Assembly (NCBI GenBank): GCA_013265495.1
Contig: MU058198.1
Coordinates: 1 to 64,000 of the forward strand
Direction of reading: 5' to 3'
Source of the DNA: Vicugna vicugna
Lineage: Eukaryota
Length of the DNA: 64,000 nucleotides
Shown here: piece by piece, positions 13,301 through 26,597 of the stretch
Layout of the letters: every line of letters begins with the position of its first letter
How positions within the stretch are numbered: position 1 is the first letter of the stretch
Translations under genes and position numbers: made by a program
Notes under the pieces: model-generated
What the model was told of the DNA's origin: nothing
What the model saw: only the letters and a program-made list of their open reading frames with translations
The model's database searches: none

Positions 13301-16300
13301 GCTCCCTCCATCCACATGCTAAACCTCTTGGACAAGCCAACACCAATGCTGTGTATAAAACCAAAAAGTAACAAGTCAGATCTCTGTTTGGTTGAACACA
13401 CCATAAATTAGGCAGTGAGGGGGGAAAAATCAATCCACCTATTTTTGTTTTCTTATATTTTAATTAAATTGACCTCCTAGCTTGTGCAAAGCCACCAAAT
13501 CAGGAATTACTCTAAACAAAAACCTCTGCGTATAAGGCAGAGGTTTCAAAGTGGAGAGCCATCGACCAAATTCAGCCCACAGGTATGTTTGGCACTGGCT
13601 GAATCAGGTTGTTTTTCAAACTGTTTTAAATGGAGTATGTGCTCTCTAGTTTATAGTCCTCACCACTCCCTAATGCCTTCCATCTGGCCCACTCATTTGC
13701 AGGGAATCTGAACTAGCAGCCTCTGATATAAGGAATGCTTGGTAGCAGAAGGAAGTGGAAAAGGAAACTCTTTTTTTGTTGACTTCCAAAGAGTATTTGG
13801 GTAATAATAATAGTTTAAATGTGTTAAGGGCTTACTCTATGCCAGATCTTGTACAAGGTGCTTTGTCTCATTTGATCACAGCAACAGTCCTGTGAGAGGT
13901 TAAGTGGTGTGGTGACCGTGAGAATGCACTTAGGATTTGAGATCCATTGCACCCCAAGAATGATGAGTGCAACAGGGACACTAAAGCAGGCCTGCTGCTA
14001 GAAAACACAGGCTCCTCTGACAGCCCACGTGGATGCCCCAGCCTTCCTCAGGCGGCACGGTGCGGACACTCCCAGGCAACCTTCTCTCTCCCTCCTCTCC
14101 TTCACTGGAGGTTGGACTTGCATAGCAGTCTGATTTCCTTCACACAAGCACCTCCCCTAATAAAGTCCTTGCACAGTGCTTCTCAGAACACTGTCTGCTT
14201 CCTGGAGCTGACACTGGGGCTTTCCCACGGTCACAACTAGCAAGTGACAGCCAGGATTTCAGCCGGGCCCACCAGACCCCAGAAGCCAGAGCTCTGAACC
14301 ACTACCTCAGCCACCCCCACTTTTTTTTTTTTCCTGCTATAGGCTCTTCTTTTCTCAAAACTCTTTCTGGTCCAGAATAACCAGAAATCACCATCTGGAC
14401 CTAAGAGTGAGCCAGAGGCAAGAGGGAGTTTCAGACCCCAAAGCCAGGCATGATGCACACACCGGGACTCCTCACAGTTGCCATGGTGACCAGGAAGTGT
14501 GTTGGCTACCCAGAGCCCAAGGAAGGAAGCACAGGCGACTGACGAGGGGACATAAGTCTATGATGCGCCTTTCCCAAAGCACTGAGGGCCAGCCAGCCCC
14601 CTTCCTCAGGGCTGCAGGGAAGCACAGGCCATACAACACGAGAGGGAGCACTGAACTGAGAGTCTGGGGGTGTCCCCAGCCTACCTCCAAGATGCATCAG
14701 CAAACAGGATGAGTAACCAAGGGCTCTGTAGCCCATGAACTATATCATGTCTACTGTCATCACATTTGATCCTTAGGTACAGTCATTATACGTGTAAGGA
14801 CTTTTACCTGTTAAAACATTTGCATGCTTAATTTCACCCTTGTGAACGGAGGTGAAATTCACTTTATTCATCATCACTAAACAAATCCCTGCAGCGACTC
14901 CCCCCAGCACAGGCTACGGAGAGCCGCCGCTGTGAGAAGCAGCTCCCTTTTACACCAATTGGGTGGGAGTGTCCTCACGACTTCTGTTGTGCAAAGGTCG
15001 TATTTAACACTCTCCTTTGACTTCTCTGGCCAGAGTACATCTCTCTTTACCAGCATCACACATGCTCTCCTTGCTGCTCAAGCGTCAGCAGCTTGGAAGA
15101 GTGACTGCCTCTCCCCTCCAGTGTCCCCCAGGACCCTCCAGATTACTGCATGTCTGCCTCGGAGTCAGACCATCTTGATACACACTCCACATTCAGTGAA
15201 AGTCCATCCACCCACACTCCTGCGATTTGGTGTCACTTTATCTTAGGACTTCTCGTATGTTACAAGAGAAAAATATTATGTACCTTCTTGAACCAATAGA
15301 GATATTTAGGCCCAAAAAGCTTACACCACTTGACCAAAGAGATCTCCTAACTATCCACCCAGAGTCTTTCCCTCCAGCTCTTCCTCACAGACACCAAAAG
15401 AAATATTCTAATGCCCAAATCCTATCTTCTGTTTAAAATCATCTGATGCTGCCCTGTAACTTACCCCAGACCCTGACCTTCATTTTACCCAACTGGACAC
15501 ACAAGACAGGTCACATTCACATAAGCAGGACCATCTTTGGACACATGGTGGGGAGGGAGGGGTGTCATTCCCAGCATGCCAATCCTGTCTGTTTCTCTCC
15601 CACTCAAAGCAGCACATTCATAGGCAAGTACAAGAGAGGGACACTATTACAGACATACACTTGTGCGTTTCCTGTTCACTAAGTAAACTGTCGGGAAGCT
15701 TCTTTCCAGGAACCAACACCACTTGTAAAATGCTTCCCAATGGAATGCTGTGAACCAAGGTTAAGACTTTGACCCAGAAGCTAGTAGGTGCTCAGTAAAC
15801 GTAGGTTGAATAAATAAAGGCAATACCAGCAGGCAAAGGGAGCTGATAAAGTGTAGTGGGCTACTGGAGACACTGGGCACTGCCTGGCTTTATGAAAGGC
15901 CCAATGATGTCAGATGCCGAGCTTCAGAACCAAAAGAGAATCCATATTTAGGCCAGCATTTCCCAAACTGCAGTCACTCAAGAACCACCATCTCTAGTTG
16001 TATGTGTGTGTATATAATATTGTTTCTCCTATACTATTATTTGCTTCATCAATTTATAATAAAGCAACTCTCACCTCTAAAAAATTAAATACACTTACTG
16101 AAAATGGAAGCTTTGTAACATTCCGGTAAATGGAAAGCCAGTATCATTTGTCATAAGTTGCAGGCAATCATAAAAAATAAACACAATGAAGATCTCCCCC
16201 CAAAATCCAATTTTAACTAGGATTCTCTGCTGAAAGCTCTATGCTATGAGGCCTGCTCTCCCTTTATTAAAATAAAAGGGGGTGGGCAGAAAAATGTCAG

Positions 16301-17015
16301 AGCCATACAGGTATCAAACTGAGATATTCCCCTAGGTGTAATCAGGTTAAAAGAGAACCTAAACAGGACTAATAGTTCAAAACACACCCCAGACACAACT
16401 CCTTCTTAACTTCAGCATGGATGCCACCTTAGTGTAAGTCACCATCATCTCTCTTCTAGCACTTTGCTACTCAGTCACCTGGAACCAGCTGCCTCACGTC
16501 ACCGAGGCGCTTGTGTTTAGCAAGCCCTGCAGGAGATTCTGATGCAGACCTGAGTTGAGAACCACTGCCCTCAATGACAACAGCCTCTTCTCAGGTCTAT
16601 CAGATGCCATTTTGCCTCCCAACACGCACCCACCAACATTTCTTTCTCCTCACAGCAGCCAAAGTGACATGTCTAAATTCGTAAGTCATACTGCTTCATT
16701 TCCCCATTTAAACCTCCAAAGACTTCCACTGGACTTGGAATAAAATCAAATGTCTTCCTTTTCCTGCAAGGGTCAGAGGCTAGCCCCATCTTCCCCTTTG
16801 AAATCTAACTCCTACTTCCCAGTGCTCTGCTTCATACACCCTGGCCTTCTCCAAGTCCTTCCAAGGTCCCCAAGAATGCTTCTGCCTCAGGGCCTTTGCA
16901 CATCCTATTCTCTCTGCCAACATGCCCAGAGCTCACCCCCTCGCTTCATTCGGTTCCTACTTGAATGCCCCCTCCTTAGAGAGGCCCTGACCACCCATGA
17001 AAAGGCTACCCTTCT

Positions 17016-17403
17016 TAGGGTGACCAACTCATCCCAGTTTGCCCAGTTTTAAAACCGGAAATCCCCAGAGGGGAAAGCAGGTGGAAAATGTTAATAAATT
17101 GGGGGTTTGAGATTTGCAAATGCTAAAATACTGTATATACAATAGATAAACAGCAAGTTTCTACTATACAGCACAGGGAACTATATTCAGTATCTTGCGG
17201 TAACCTATAATGAAAAAGAATATGAGAATGAATATACAGATGTATATGTATGACTGGAGCATTGTGTTATACACCAGAAGCTGACACAACATTGTAAACT
17301 GACTATATTTCAAAAAGAAAAAAAAAAATTTTTTTAACCAAAAACCCCCTGTGCTGGGAACCCCTCTTCAGTCCCCAGTGAAACAGAACAGTTGTTCATC
17401 CTA
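17016..17403 (+). mobile_element. MER81-like hAT MITE split by an L1 3' end (~17067-17337)
   Basis: Terminal TAGGGTGACCAAC ... GTTGTTCATCCTA inverted ends; the internal insert matches the other young L1 3' ends in the window. Confidence 0.7.
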
Positions 17404-18625
17404 CAGTCCCCACCCCTCCCTCCCACAGAACCCTGCTTTATTCTTCTTATCTTATCGCATGTTCATATTTTTGCTTTTTTGTTTTCTTCCTCCTTCACTA
17501 GACTATGAGTCCCATGAGAGCAGGCAGTTTGGGGTATTTTGTTCACGACTGTATACCTGACACAAAGAACAGCACCCGGCACACAACTGGCATTTAACAA
17601 ATATTACTTGACAAAAATATCAAAGGAATGACCCTCGTGGCTTATTTAATCTATTGCTTACAGTTTAGTTGCCTCTCCTGTTTGGCTGCAATGAGCAAAG
17701 CTTTCTCCAGATTTAGAATGATATCCCTGGGCTAGGTTACCAGAAGTGGATTTATTGAGCTGAGGAGAATACCATGTTTAAGCTTTGGATACCCAGCGTC
17801 AAATTGTTTTCCAAAAGGGTCAGACCCCCCTCTACCAATTCCCATTGCATCCTGGGTCCCCATGTCGACCTCACTCCACCCTGGCCAGAGCCAGCATTAT
17901 CATTGTTAAAATCCTTCCTGGGTGGAAGTGTAGCTGTTTGTTGTTTTAATTTGCATGTCTTTGATTACGAGATATAAGCTGATCATTTCCCCGTGTGCTT
18001 CGCTAATTGCATTTCATCTTTTTTGAGTTGTCTGTTCATACCCCTTTGCTTGTTTTTCTACCCAGTTGCAAGACTTAGGTTATTGATTTGTTTGAGTTCT
18101 TTGAAAAAGAAAGATATTAGCCCTTTTTCCCTCATACATGAAAGGCTTGATTCTTTGCATTTTCTGACGCCTGCAGTCAATTCTGGCCCTTCTATATTTC
18201 CTTATTCCCTCTTTTTGCATCTTTCTTTTCACTTGAGCTTAGATTTTTTTCATAATTATTGAATAGATATTTAGTAAAAGCCTCTAAAAGCTTCCCATCT
18301 CACTCAGAGTGTAAGATGCATTTTTAAAAAATCACCTACAAGGCACTCCGTGATCTGTGTCCACACCCCCATGTTACCTCTCCGACCTCAGGTCCTACCC
18401 CTCTGCCCCTGGGTCTCTCTGCTCCAGACTTTCTGGCTCCTCTGCTGATCTTCAAACACACCAGCCCACCCCTACCTCAGGACCTTTACACGTGCTTCTC
18501 CCGCTGCCTGGAAGGCTCTGTCCCCAGATCCCTACCTGACTCCCTCCCTCACTCCCTTCAAGTCTTTACTCAAATGTCATCTCAGTGAGTCCCTCCTTGA
18601 TCACCTTATCTAGAATTTCAGTCCC

Positions 18626-19064
18626 TGTGGCAGACAGAATGTCTCCTGCAAACACATTCACATCCCAATCCCCGGGACCTGTCAATATGTGACCTTATCT
18701 GGCAAAAGGGAGGTCACAGATGATGCGGATGTTTTTAAGTCACGGATTTTGAGATGAGAAGATGATCTGGGTGGGCCCAATCGAATCATATGGGTCCTTA
18801 TAAGAGGCAGCATCAGAGTCAGAGGGGATGTGACAACCCAGCAGAGGCTGGAGTGATGCAGAGCCAAGAACCGAGGAACTTGGCAGCCTTTAGAAGCTGG
18901 ACAACACGATAAGGAAATGGATCTGCCCCTAGAACCTCCAGAAGGAGTGCAGCCTGGCAGACTGGCCTAGACTTCTGACCTCCAGAACAGTAAGACAAGA
19001 AACATGGATTGTTTTCAGCCACTCCATGTATAGTCTGTTACAACAGCCATCAGAAACAAATACA
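18626..19064 (+). mobile_element. MLT1 (MaLR) solo LTR, MLT1C/D-like, inserted in L2
   Basis: TG...CA termini (TGTGGCAGACAGAAT ... GAAACAAATACA), internal GAATATGTGACCTT-like and CTTCTGACCTCCAGAAC motifs, near-TSD GTCCC/GCCCC. Confidence 0.85.
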
Positions 19065-19579
19065 GCCCCAGTACCTCCCCTCCACTGCCTGATTGGTTTC
19101 TTCTTGTCATTCATCACTGTCCAAATTCCTGTAATTTTGTATGCCTTTTTTTTTTTTAATTCTTGCCTCCCCTAACAGAAGATAAACTCCGTGAGGACAG
19201 GAGTTGTCTCTCTGGCCCACTGTCACACCCCCGGTACCTGGAACGGTGCCTGGCATGCATCGGGAATTCTGTAAGCCTTTGTTGAATGAATGGACGCAGG
19301 AATGAGAATGAAGGGGGCTTTTGTTCGCCTGTCAAATAGAAACCCTGGTCAGCTGAGGTTGCTGGAAGGTCATTCCATCCGAAGGGCCACTCTGGGTAGA
19401 ACAGGGTCTTGGAGAAGAAACCAGGCACTGGAAGATGATGAGTCTGAATTCTAGAGAACTCCTGGGGTTGCTCCATCCACCACCCTTTAACAGGACACAC
19501 CTGTGCAATCAGTGGAGGACACGATGTCGTGGTCAAGCCTGCGCCCGAGACTCAGACTTCCCGGGTTCATACCCTAGCT

Positions 19580-20054
19580 CAGTGCTGTGTCCGACAGAAT
19601 TACATTGCGAGCGTGTTACATTCTTTAAAATTTCCTAGCAGCCATATTTTAAAAGGTTTGTTAAAAGGTGAAATTTTAGTATGTTGTATTTGGCTTAATG
19701 TATTCGGGACATTATAATTTCAACATGTAATCCATTTTTAAAAATTATTGGTGAGATATTTGTTTTCTTCCTCCTTCTTTTTTCTGTATACTAAGTCTTT
19801 AAACGCCCATGCATCTTTTATGGTACTTTCAATGTGGACATTAGATTTTCAGCAGTTAAAGTGAAACAGAATCCCACTAAAACCATCAAGTTGTTTTCTC
19901 AGAAAAATACTTCACATAGCTTCAGTTTTTAAATTAAACGCAAATGAGTTAAAGTTAAATAAAATTTAGAATTCACTCCCTTCTCGGCACTGGGTGAGTT
20001 TGCAGGACTCAGTAGCCACATGCGGCCAGTGGCCCCCCCGTCTTGGGCAGCACA
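19580..20054. mobile_element. MER3/MER33/Charlie1-family DNA transposon remnant
   Basis: CAGTGCTGTGTCC terminus, TTTCCTAGCAGCCATATT and TAGCCACATGCGGCCAGTGGC...GGCAGCACAG end; a related copy lies at ~48752-49013. Confidence 0.65.
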
Positions 20055-22471
20055 GCCCCATGGTGCAAACTCTCCTGGGCAATGTGACCTTGTGCATGTT
20101 ATTTAAGCTCTCTGAATCTCCTTCCATCATGCACAGAACAGGCGTGATAATAGTAGCTATTTTTGTGGGTTAAATGCAGTCATGCGTGGAAAAGTAACTG
20201 GTCCACAGTAAACACTTTATAAATTATAGCTATTGTTACCCTGGGGCAATTTCTTGTCTTTCCAAGGAGGAGCCCATGGTTAGAAAGGAGACTGGACTGA
20301 CATTTATGGATCACCTACTGTGTGCCAGCCCAGAGCTGCAGGTGTTCTGTCTCCAACTGCCCAGCAAACCTTCCCGGTGGGAGTTGTCACCTCCACCTGG
20401 CCCGCCCCCCTGAACTCCCAGGCGGCTGGAAGGAGCCCATCTCCCTGCTGGCAGTGGGAGGATGGCTGTCCAACAGAAACCACCCTGGGAAATACAGCCG
20501 TGCTTTTCAGTTATCTTCAAAGACTGGTACCTTCTGCCTGGGCGGCTGTCTGCTGGCCTTCCTGCTCTTCTTCCCTCTGCGCCTCCCACCCTCCCATCTT
20601 CCTCTGTCCCTCCCTCCCCCCTCCTCCTCCTCTCCCACACCCTCTCCTGCCCTCCCTCCCCCTTTGCTAGGAGATCCTGAAGCTGCTTCTCCAGCCTGTT
20701 TATAGACAGCCCCTTATCTCAGAGTTTTCCAACACGATGTTTCTCTCCCCACGGGGAATGGAGGATGGCAGCTGGTGGCTCAAACCCACTCTTAAAGGGA
20801 GAGGGCCCCTCCTACAGCCCCTCCTGGTCTAGACTCGAGCTTCCTGAGACATAAATAATTAGAGAAACTCAGCCATAGAACACCCAGAAAAATCCAACCT
20901 ATTTCTTTGGCTTCCAAGATGTTCTTGCAGAAGGTGGGGCCAGAGCTCTTGCCTCCCACAAAGGTCACAACAGAAAGAGCTTGGATGCTGGAGTCTGGAA
21001 GCCTGGGTACCCCCTCCCCTTACTTCTTGGCCCTGGACAAGTTGTTTCATCTCTCTGAGTCCAGTTTCTTCACCTGTAAAAAATATATAGCGATCCCCTC
21101 CTGAGAGGTCATTGTAAGGATTAATGAATGCATCAAAGGCACCGTGCTTGGCATACAGTACGTGCTCAATAAATGGTGATTATTAGCTGTCAACTCCTTG
21201 AGAACAAGAACCGTGACTGTATCTCATTCACAGCTCCATCTGCAATACCAGAGATGCATAGTAGGTGCTACACAACCAGCATTGTATACATAAAAACACG
21301 CATTTTAATGTAATGATACTGAGCCCCCCAGACCAGTGAAAACTTGCAAGTTGCTCCCCACATGCCAAGGCCAGGAGGGCCAGGCAAGTGAGGCACTCCC
21401 CTTGGGCGCAAGATGTAAGGGGGCAGCAAAAAAAAAAAACAGTCATCAAGATAAACAGTATTTTGGTGCAATATTCTAAAAAACAAAAGGAATGCAAAAA
21501 TATCCATGAAGAACAAAAACAAAAATCCAAGTTTCAAATAAAGACAAAGCCAGTGTTATCAATTTTTCCTTCTGCCTCCAGCTCCCCACCCCCCAACCCG
21601 GACACTGCCAGGCATGGTCTAAGCGCTTTTCAAATATTAACCCATCCCACCCTCACAATAACCCTATGAAGTAAACACTTCAAATAATCACCATTCAGCC
21701 CTCGTGATAACCCAGTGACATAGCTACAAGCGTTCAGATGAGGAAAAGGGGGAAAAGAGAAGTAACTTGTCCCAGGTGGCTCAGCTCCCAAGTGCCAGAG
21801 CTGGGAGTGGAACCCGGGCCATCTGAACTGAGAGACCCAGTTCCTACCACAATCCTGTGCCCTTCAACGATGCAGCTCTGCCCATTGGGTCTTCTATCAT
21901 TAGATCATGTGCTCCAGCCACAGCTTTGGTGGCAGAGCAGGGCCTGGTCCTGTCACTCAGATCACAGACATGTGCCACCCCCTGGTGGGCTGGATCCTGC
22001 AGACGCAGGAATAATCTTACCAACAGCCTGTCCTACAAGGGCTCATGGGGCCTGGCCCAGGGCTCCGGGAGGCTGGAAGAAGGAGTGACTAACTCGGCTG
22101 TCTCGCCAGGAGGTCACTTGAAATGCAGAGGTGGCTCCTGCCTTCCATCCTGTGACAGCTGACGCACCTTTGAGAGATGAGTAAGCGCTTGTTGTCAGCT
22201 GGAGAATACAGGGCAGCAATGTCCCCGTTTGACACACACGGAAACTCGGCTCCAAGTGACTGTTACCAAAGGCACGGAACTCAGGGGTAAAGGTGGCTCC
22301 GTGCCACCCTCGGTTCTTCGTGGTCCCCTAAAGACCCTTTGTGAGCAGCATGAGGTGATGGTGACAAGCACAGAGTCAGACACTCTGCTCTTTCTAAACT
22401 GGGTGACCCTGGGCAAGGCACACAGCTCCAGCCTCGGTTTCTTCATCAAGGAAATGGGGGTAGTTGTCTAC

Positions 22472-22594
22472 TTTTTTTTTTTTTTCGAGGGGAGGTAGTT
22501 AAGTTTACTTCTTTATTGAGGAGGCACTGGGGATTGAACCCAGGACCTTGTGCATGCTAAGCACGCACTCTACCACTTGAGCTGTACCCTCCCC
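22472..22594 (-). mobile_element. Vic-1 type SINE
   Basis: Reverse complement of the same tRNA-like body (CTGGGGATTGAACCCAGGACCTTGTGCATGCTAAGC) with a poly-T tail. Confidence 0.85.
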
Positions 22595-25500
22595 TCGGTT
22601 TATCTACTTTATATATAGTAGCACCTGCAAATTTCAAACTCCCAATTTATCCCTTCCCACCCTCTTCCCCCACTGGTAACCATAACTGTTTTCTATGTCT
22701 GTGAATCTCTTTCTGTTTTGTAAATAAGTTCATTTGTGTCTTTTTTTTTAGATTCCACACAGAAGTGATATATTGTATTTTTCTTTCTCTTTCACAGGGA
22801 ACTCTATTCAATATCTTGTAGTAACCTATAATGAAAAAGAATATAAAAATGAATATATGTGTATATATATAACTGAAACATTATGCTGTACACTGGAAAT
22901 TGAAACAATATTGTAAACTGACTATACTTCAATTTAAAAAAAATGTTTTTTAATGGCGATAGAGATGCCAACCTCACATTGGAGGTTAAATATAATAAAT
23001 GCAAATAAAGTACCCAGCGCAGTGCTAGGCAGGTAGAAAGAACTCAGTTAAGTGGTACCTACTGTCACTGTTTTCAAAAATGAGTTGCAGTGCCCACTGC
23101 CAAAGGTCACCTATGTTTACAAAACAATGCAGCACTCAGTCCTCCACGAGGAACCACCCATTTAATGGCCTGTTTGACGCAGTGAAACAGTAAGTTCATT
23201 GAAAAACTCAAGCGCAAAGACATCATTACCTGAAGAATCAGAAAAGCTCATTGATTCCACCCCCCAGGGATTCTGTTTACATTCGCCTGGAGGGTCTCGG
23301 CATCATTTCTGTGTAAAGTTTTCCCAGGTGATCCTACGGGGGCGGCCAGGGGTGAGAACCCCCAAGCAAGTGGGAGGGGAGGAGTTAACGTGGGGAAGGG
23401 GTTCTGGTGGGGGAGCGGCGAGGCTGGCGATGACCTGGTAGTAGATACAGGGATGTCCACTTGAGTCATCACTCACTCACAGCACTTTCAAGTTTTACGT
23501 GCTTTTTGTATCAGAATTCACAGCCTTGACTTTTTATTAAGGAGAATTTTAAACATACACTAAGTAAACAAATGAGTAAAATGCATCCTCGTGTGTTACC
23601 ACTCGGGTCTCCAAACACCCAACCGTGGCCAGTCCTGCCCCACCCACACTCAAGGCGCTGCCTCCACCAGTATTTTGCAACAAATGCCAGATGTGAAATC
23701 ATTTCATCTGTATTTCCACATGTAACTCTAAAAGATAAAAGCTCTTTTTTAATACAACTACACTACCATTATCACAGCTAACAAATTAATAATTCCTTGT
23801 GGTCCTTAAATATCCAATAAGTGTTCAGATTGTCTCATGAATGCCATACTGCTTTTTTTTTTTTTTTTTTAACATTTTTCCCTCCAGGATTTACAGAAGG
23901 TCTGCACCATGGCAAGGGGCTGGTTCGTCTTCCGGGTTTCAGATTTTAGCGCTTCCCACACTTTAACTTGTAGGTGAATTTCCTGGGGATCTTGTTAAAA
24001 TGAAGATTCTAACTGAGCAGGTTTGGGGCAGGGCCTGAGAGTATCCATTCCCGACATGTCCCAGCAGGTGATGTGCTGCTGCTGGTCCGTGGACCACACG
24101 TTAAATGGCCAAGCTCTATTTCATAATAAAAGGAAGTATTTATTTAAAGTGATGTTGAGATCTTTGGGCAGACTCAGTGATCTGGGGAGCAAATCCTGCT
24201 GGCTGGGATGGCCTGTCCCAGGAAGTGCAATTGATTATCACACCTGCTGCAGGTGTTTAAAAGCCAAAGGCAACACCTGAGCCCCCGAGATTAGTGCCTG
24301 ACACCCTGGCTATCCAGGGGCTCATCCTGGCCCTCCTGAAACCAGAGGCCACCTCATCCCAAGCCTCAGAACCTCCGGAAGTGCATTGATTTGTTCAGTT
24401 TCTGGCAGGCAGACAGAAACACAAGCTGCAGAAAGAAAGCAGTCACCTCTTCTCGCAGTTCCACGTTTAATTAAAAAGCCCCGTGCTGCCAGATTGCAAG
24501 CACCCTCCACTGATCTGCGAGACCTATTGACTGCTCAGCTCTCCCAGCAAGCCACAGCGGAGAGAAGGCTTTATCTTCCTTTAATCAGACCTGCTTCCCT
24601 CAGATCCAGTTCTGACAGGGCCACCGCCTCCTCCTCCCCGGCTCCCATCGCCCGGTGCTCAGCTGGCCCCGGTACAGCCAGCAGCACCAGCATCAGCCAC
24701 AGCGCCTGCGAGGTCTGTGCCCCGGGGAGCTGCCGGCACTGTCACCAGCACCACAGCCGAGGAGTACGGAGCCTATGCCGCGTGCCAGGCCCTGGGCCAA
24801 GTACCACTTCGCGTGCGCTCTCTCCTCAGACGCGTTAACGTAATTAAGTTTTCTGTGTGTTAGGATTCTCTGATTGCCTGAGCTCATGTTGCCCGCGCTG
24901 GGCATTTTTTCTCTGTCTATCACCTGTTCTATTTTCATCACAGCCCTTATTATTATCTGAAACCATCTATTTTTCTTTGCCTGCTTGTTCACTGTCTCTG
25001 CCCCCTGGAATGTAAATTTCACAAGGGCATGGAGTTCGCCTCTCTCATTCACACAGAGTCCCCGGCACCTGAAACAGCCTGGGCGCACAGAAAGTTCTCA
25101 GTGAATGTTGAGACGGTTCATCCACGTTGTCACAGTGCACATTTTCCCCTTTTTAAGGCCGAAGGGTAACCCGTCATATATACTATATACCACGTGTGCC
25201 TTATCCATTCATCTGTCGAAGGACACAGGCTGTTTCTGTACCTTGACTACTGAGGACAGTGCTGCAGTGACCCCAGGAGGGCAAATATCTCTTTGAAATC
25301 TTGATTTTGATTCTTTTGGATTAAATACCCAAAAATGGGATGGCTGGATCATATCGTGGTTCTATTTTTAATTTTTTTAAGAACCTCCATACTGTTTTCC
25401 ACAGCAGATGTACTGTTTTGCATTCTCACCAACAAGGCACAAGTGTTCTGATTTATGCATGTCCTGGCCAAGACTTGTCTTCTTGTCAAGAGGGTAGATC

Positions 25501-26095
25501 TCGTGTTAAATGTTCTCACCACAACAAAATAAAATTTTAAATAAACAAGCGTGTGCTGAATTTGGTTTATCGCATTTACTCCTCCTGGCAGCCCTACGAG
25601 CTCACTAGTCTTACACTCATTTTCCAGATGAGGAAACTGAGGTGCAAGGAGAAAAAGCAATCCACACAGATGTCCTGCACCTGAGTCCACCTAACTCCAG
25701 CAACGCCTCTTAACCTGGGGTCCATGAGCTTGTAACCTGGAGTCAGCGAACTCGGATGGGAAAAAATATTACCTCTTAAATTTCCAAACATCTAACTGAA
25801 ACATTGCATTTTCTTCCATCATGAATGTTGACAACAAACTGCAGTGGAGTCAGCAGCCCCCACAACTCCATCACCAACTGGAATCAAAGATATTTCCATG
25901 TCCCATTACATTTGTCGCAGGTATCTTAGAACGTCATTTACATGAATCGCTTCCTTGAAATTACAATCATAGTAACGCAGCCGACCCACCAACACACCTT
26001 ATGTGGTATGTTAATAAAGAAGCACACACACTGCTACATCACAACTTGACTTGGTAATATTTTGTTAAATGTGTTATAATGTAATTGGTTGCTGG

Positions 26096-26389
26096 AAAGA
26101 AGCCAGACAAAGACAAATACTGCAGGGTCCACTTATATCTTATATGTGGAATCTTAAAAAAATTTTTTCAATTAAAAAAAAAAAGTCAAATTCATAGAAA
26201 CAAAGAATAGAAAAGTGGTTTCCAGGGTCTGGGGGGTGGGATAAATAGGAAGAGGGTTAGGGAGAGGATACCAACTTTCAGTTAGAGGATGAGTAAGTTC
26301 TGAGGATCTAATGTATAACATGGTAACTATGGGTGATAACATGGTATTATATGTCATTGAAATTTGCTAAGAAGGACAACTTGAATGTT

Positions 26390-26431
<42 letters not shown>

Positions 26432-26563
26432 AAACAGGTAAATCTGTGAGATGATGGATGTGTTAACTCAATGGTGAGAATCCTTTCACAAAGGATATGC
26501 ATATCATATACCATTACGTTGCACGTGTAAACTTTTACAATTTGTCAATTAAACCTCAATAAA

Positions 26564-26565
<2 letters not shown>
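26096..26565 (+). mobile_element. L1MA-type 3' end with internal (CA)n and terminal (TA)n, inserted in a hAT/Charlie-like remnant (~25700-26680)
   Basis: AAAGACAAATACTGC...GAGTAAGTTCTGAGGATCTAATGTA...AACCTCAATAAAGC. Confidence 0.75.
26393..26426 (+). repeat. (CA)n microsatellite; (TA)n nearby at ~26566-26595
   Basis: Directly visible. Confidence 0.95.

Positions 26566-26597
<32 letters not shown>

Larger units (their letters stand above)
16400..19310 (+). mobile_element. Fragmented L2 remnants interleaved with younger insertions
   Basis: CCTCAGGGCCTTTGCAC, CTCCCTCACTCCCTTCAAGTCTTTACTCAAATGTCA and TGTTGAATGAATG L2 3' motifs; further L2 pieces at ~8290-8460, 24880-25105, 27520-28050 and 56580-57070. 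Confidence 0.65.

Noticed and set aside
8540..24391. Identical 13-mer AAGTGCATTGATT at 8540 and 24379 as a long-range repeat
   Set aside because: In 64 kb, tens of chance 13-mer matches are expected, so this is not significant by itself.
24386..24838. 150-aa ORF over the CpG-rich patch
   Set aside because: TTG start, low-complexity Ser/Ala/Arg content; explained by local GC richness.
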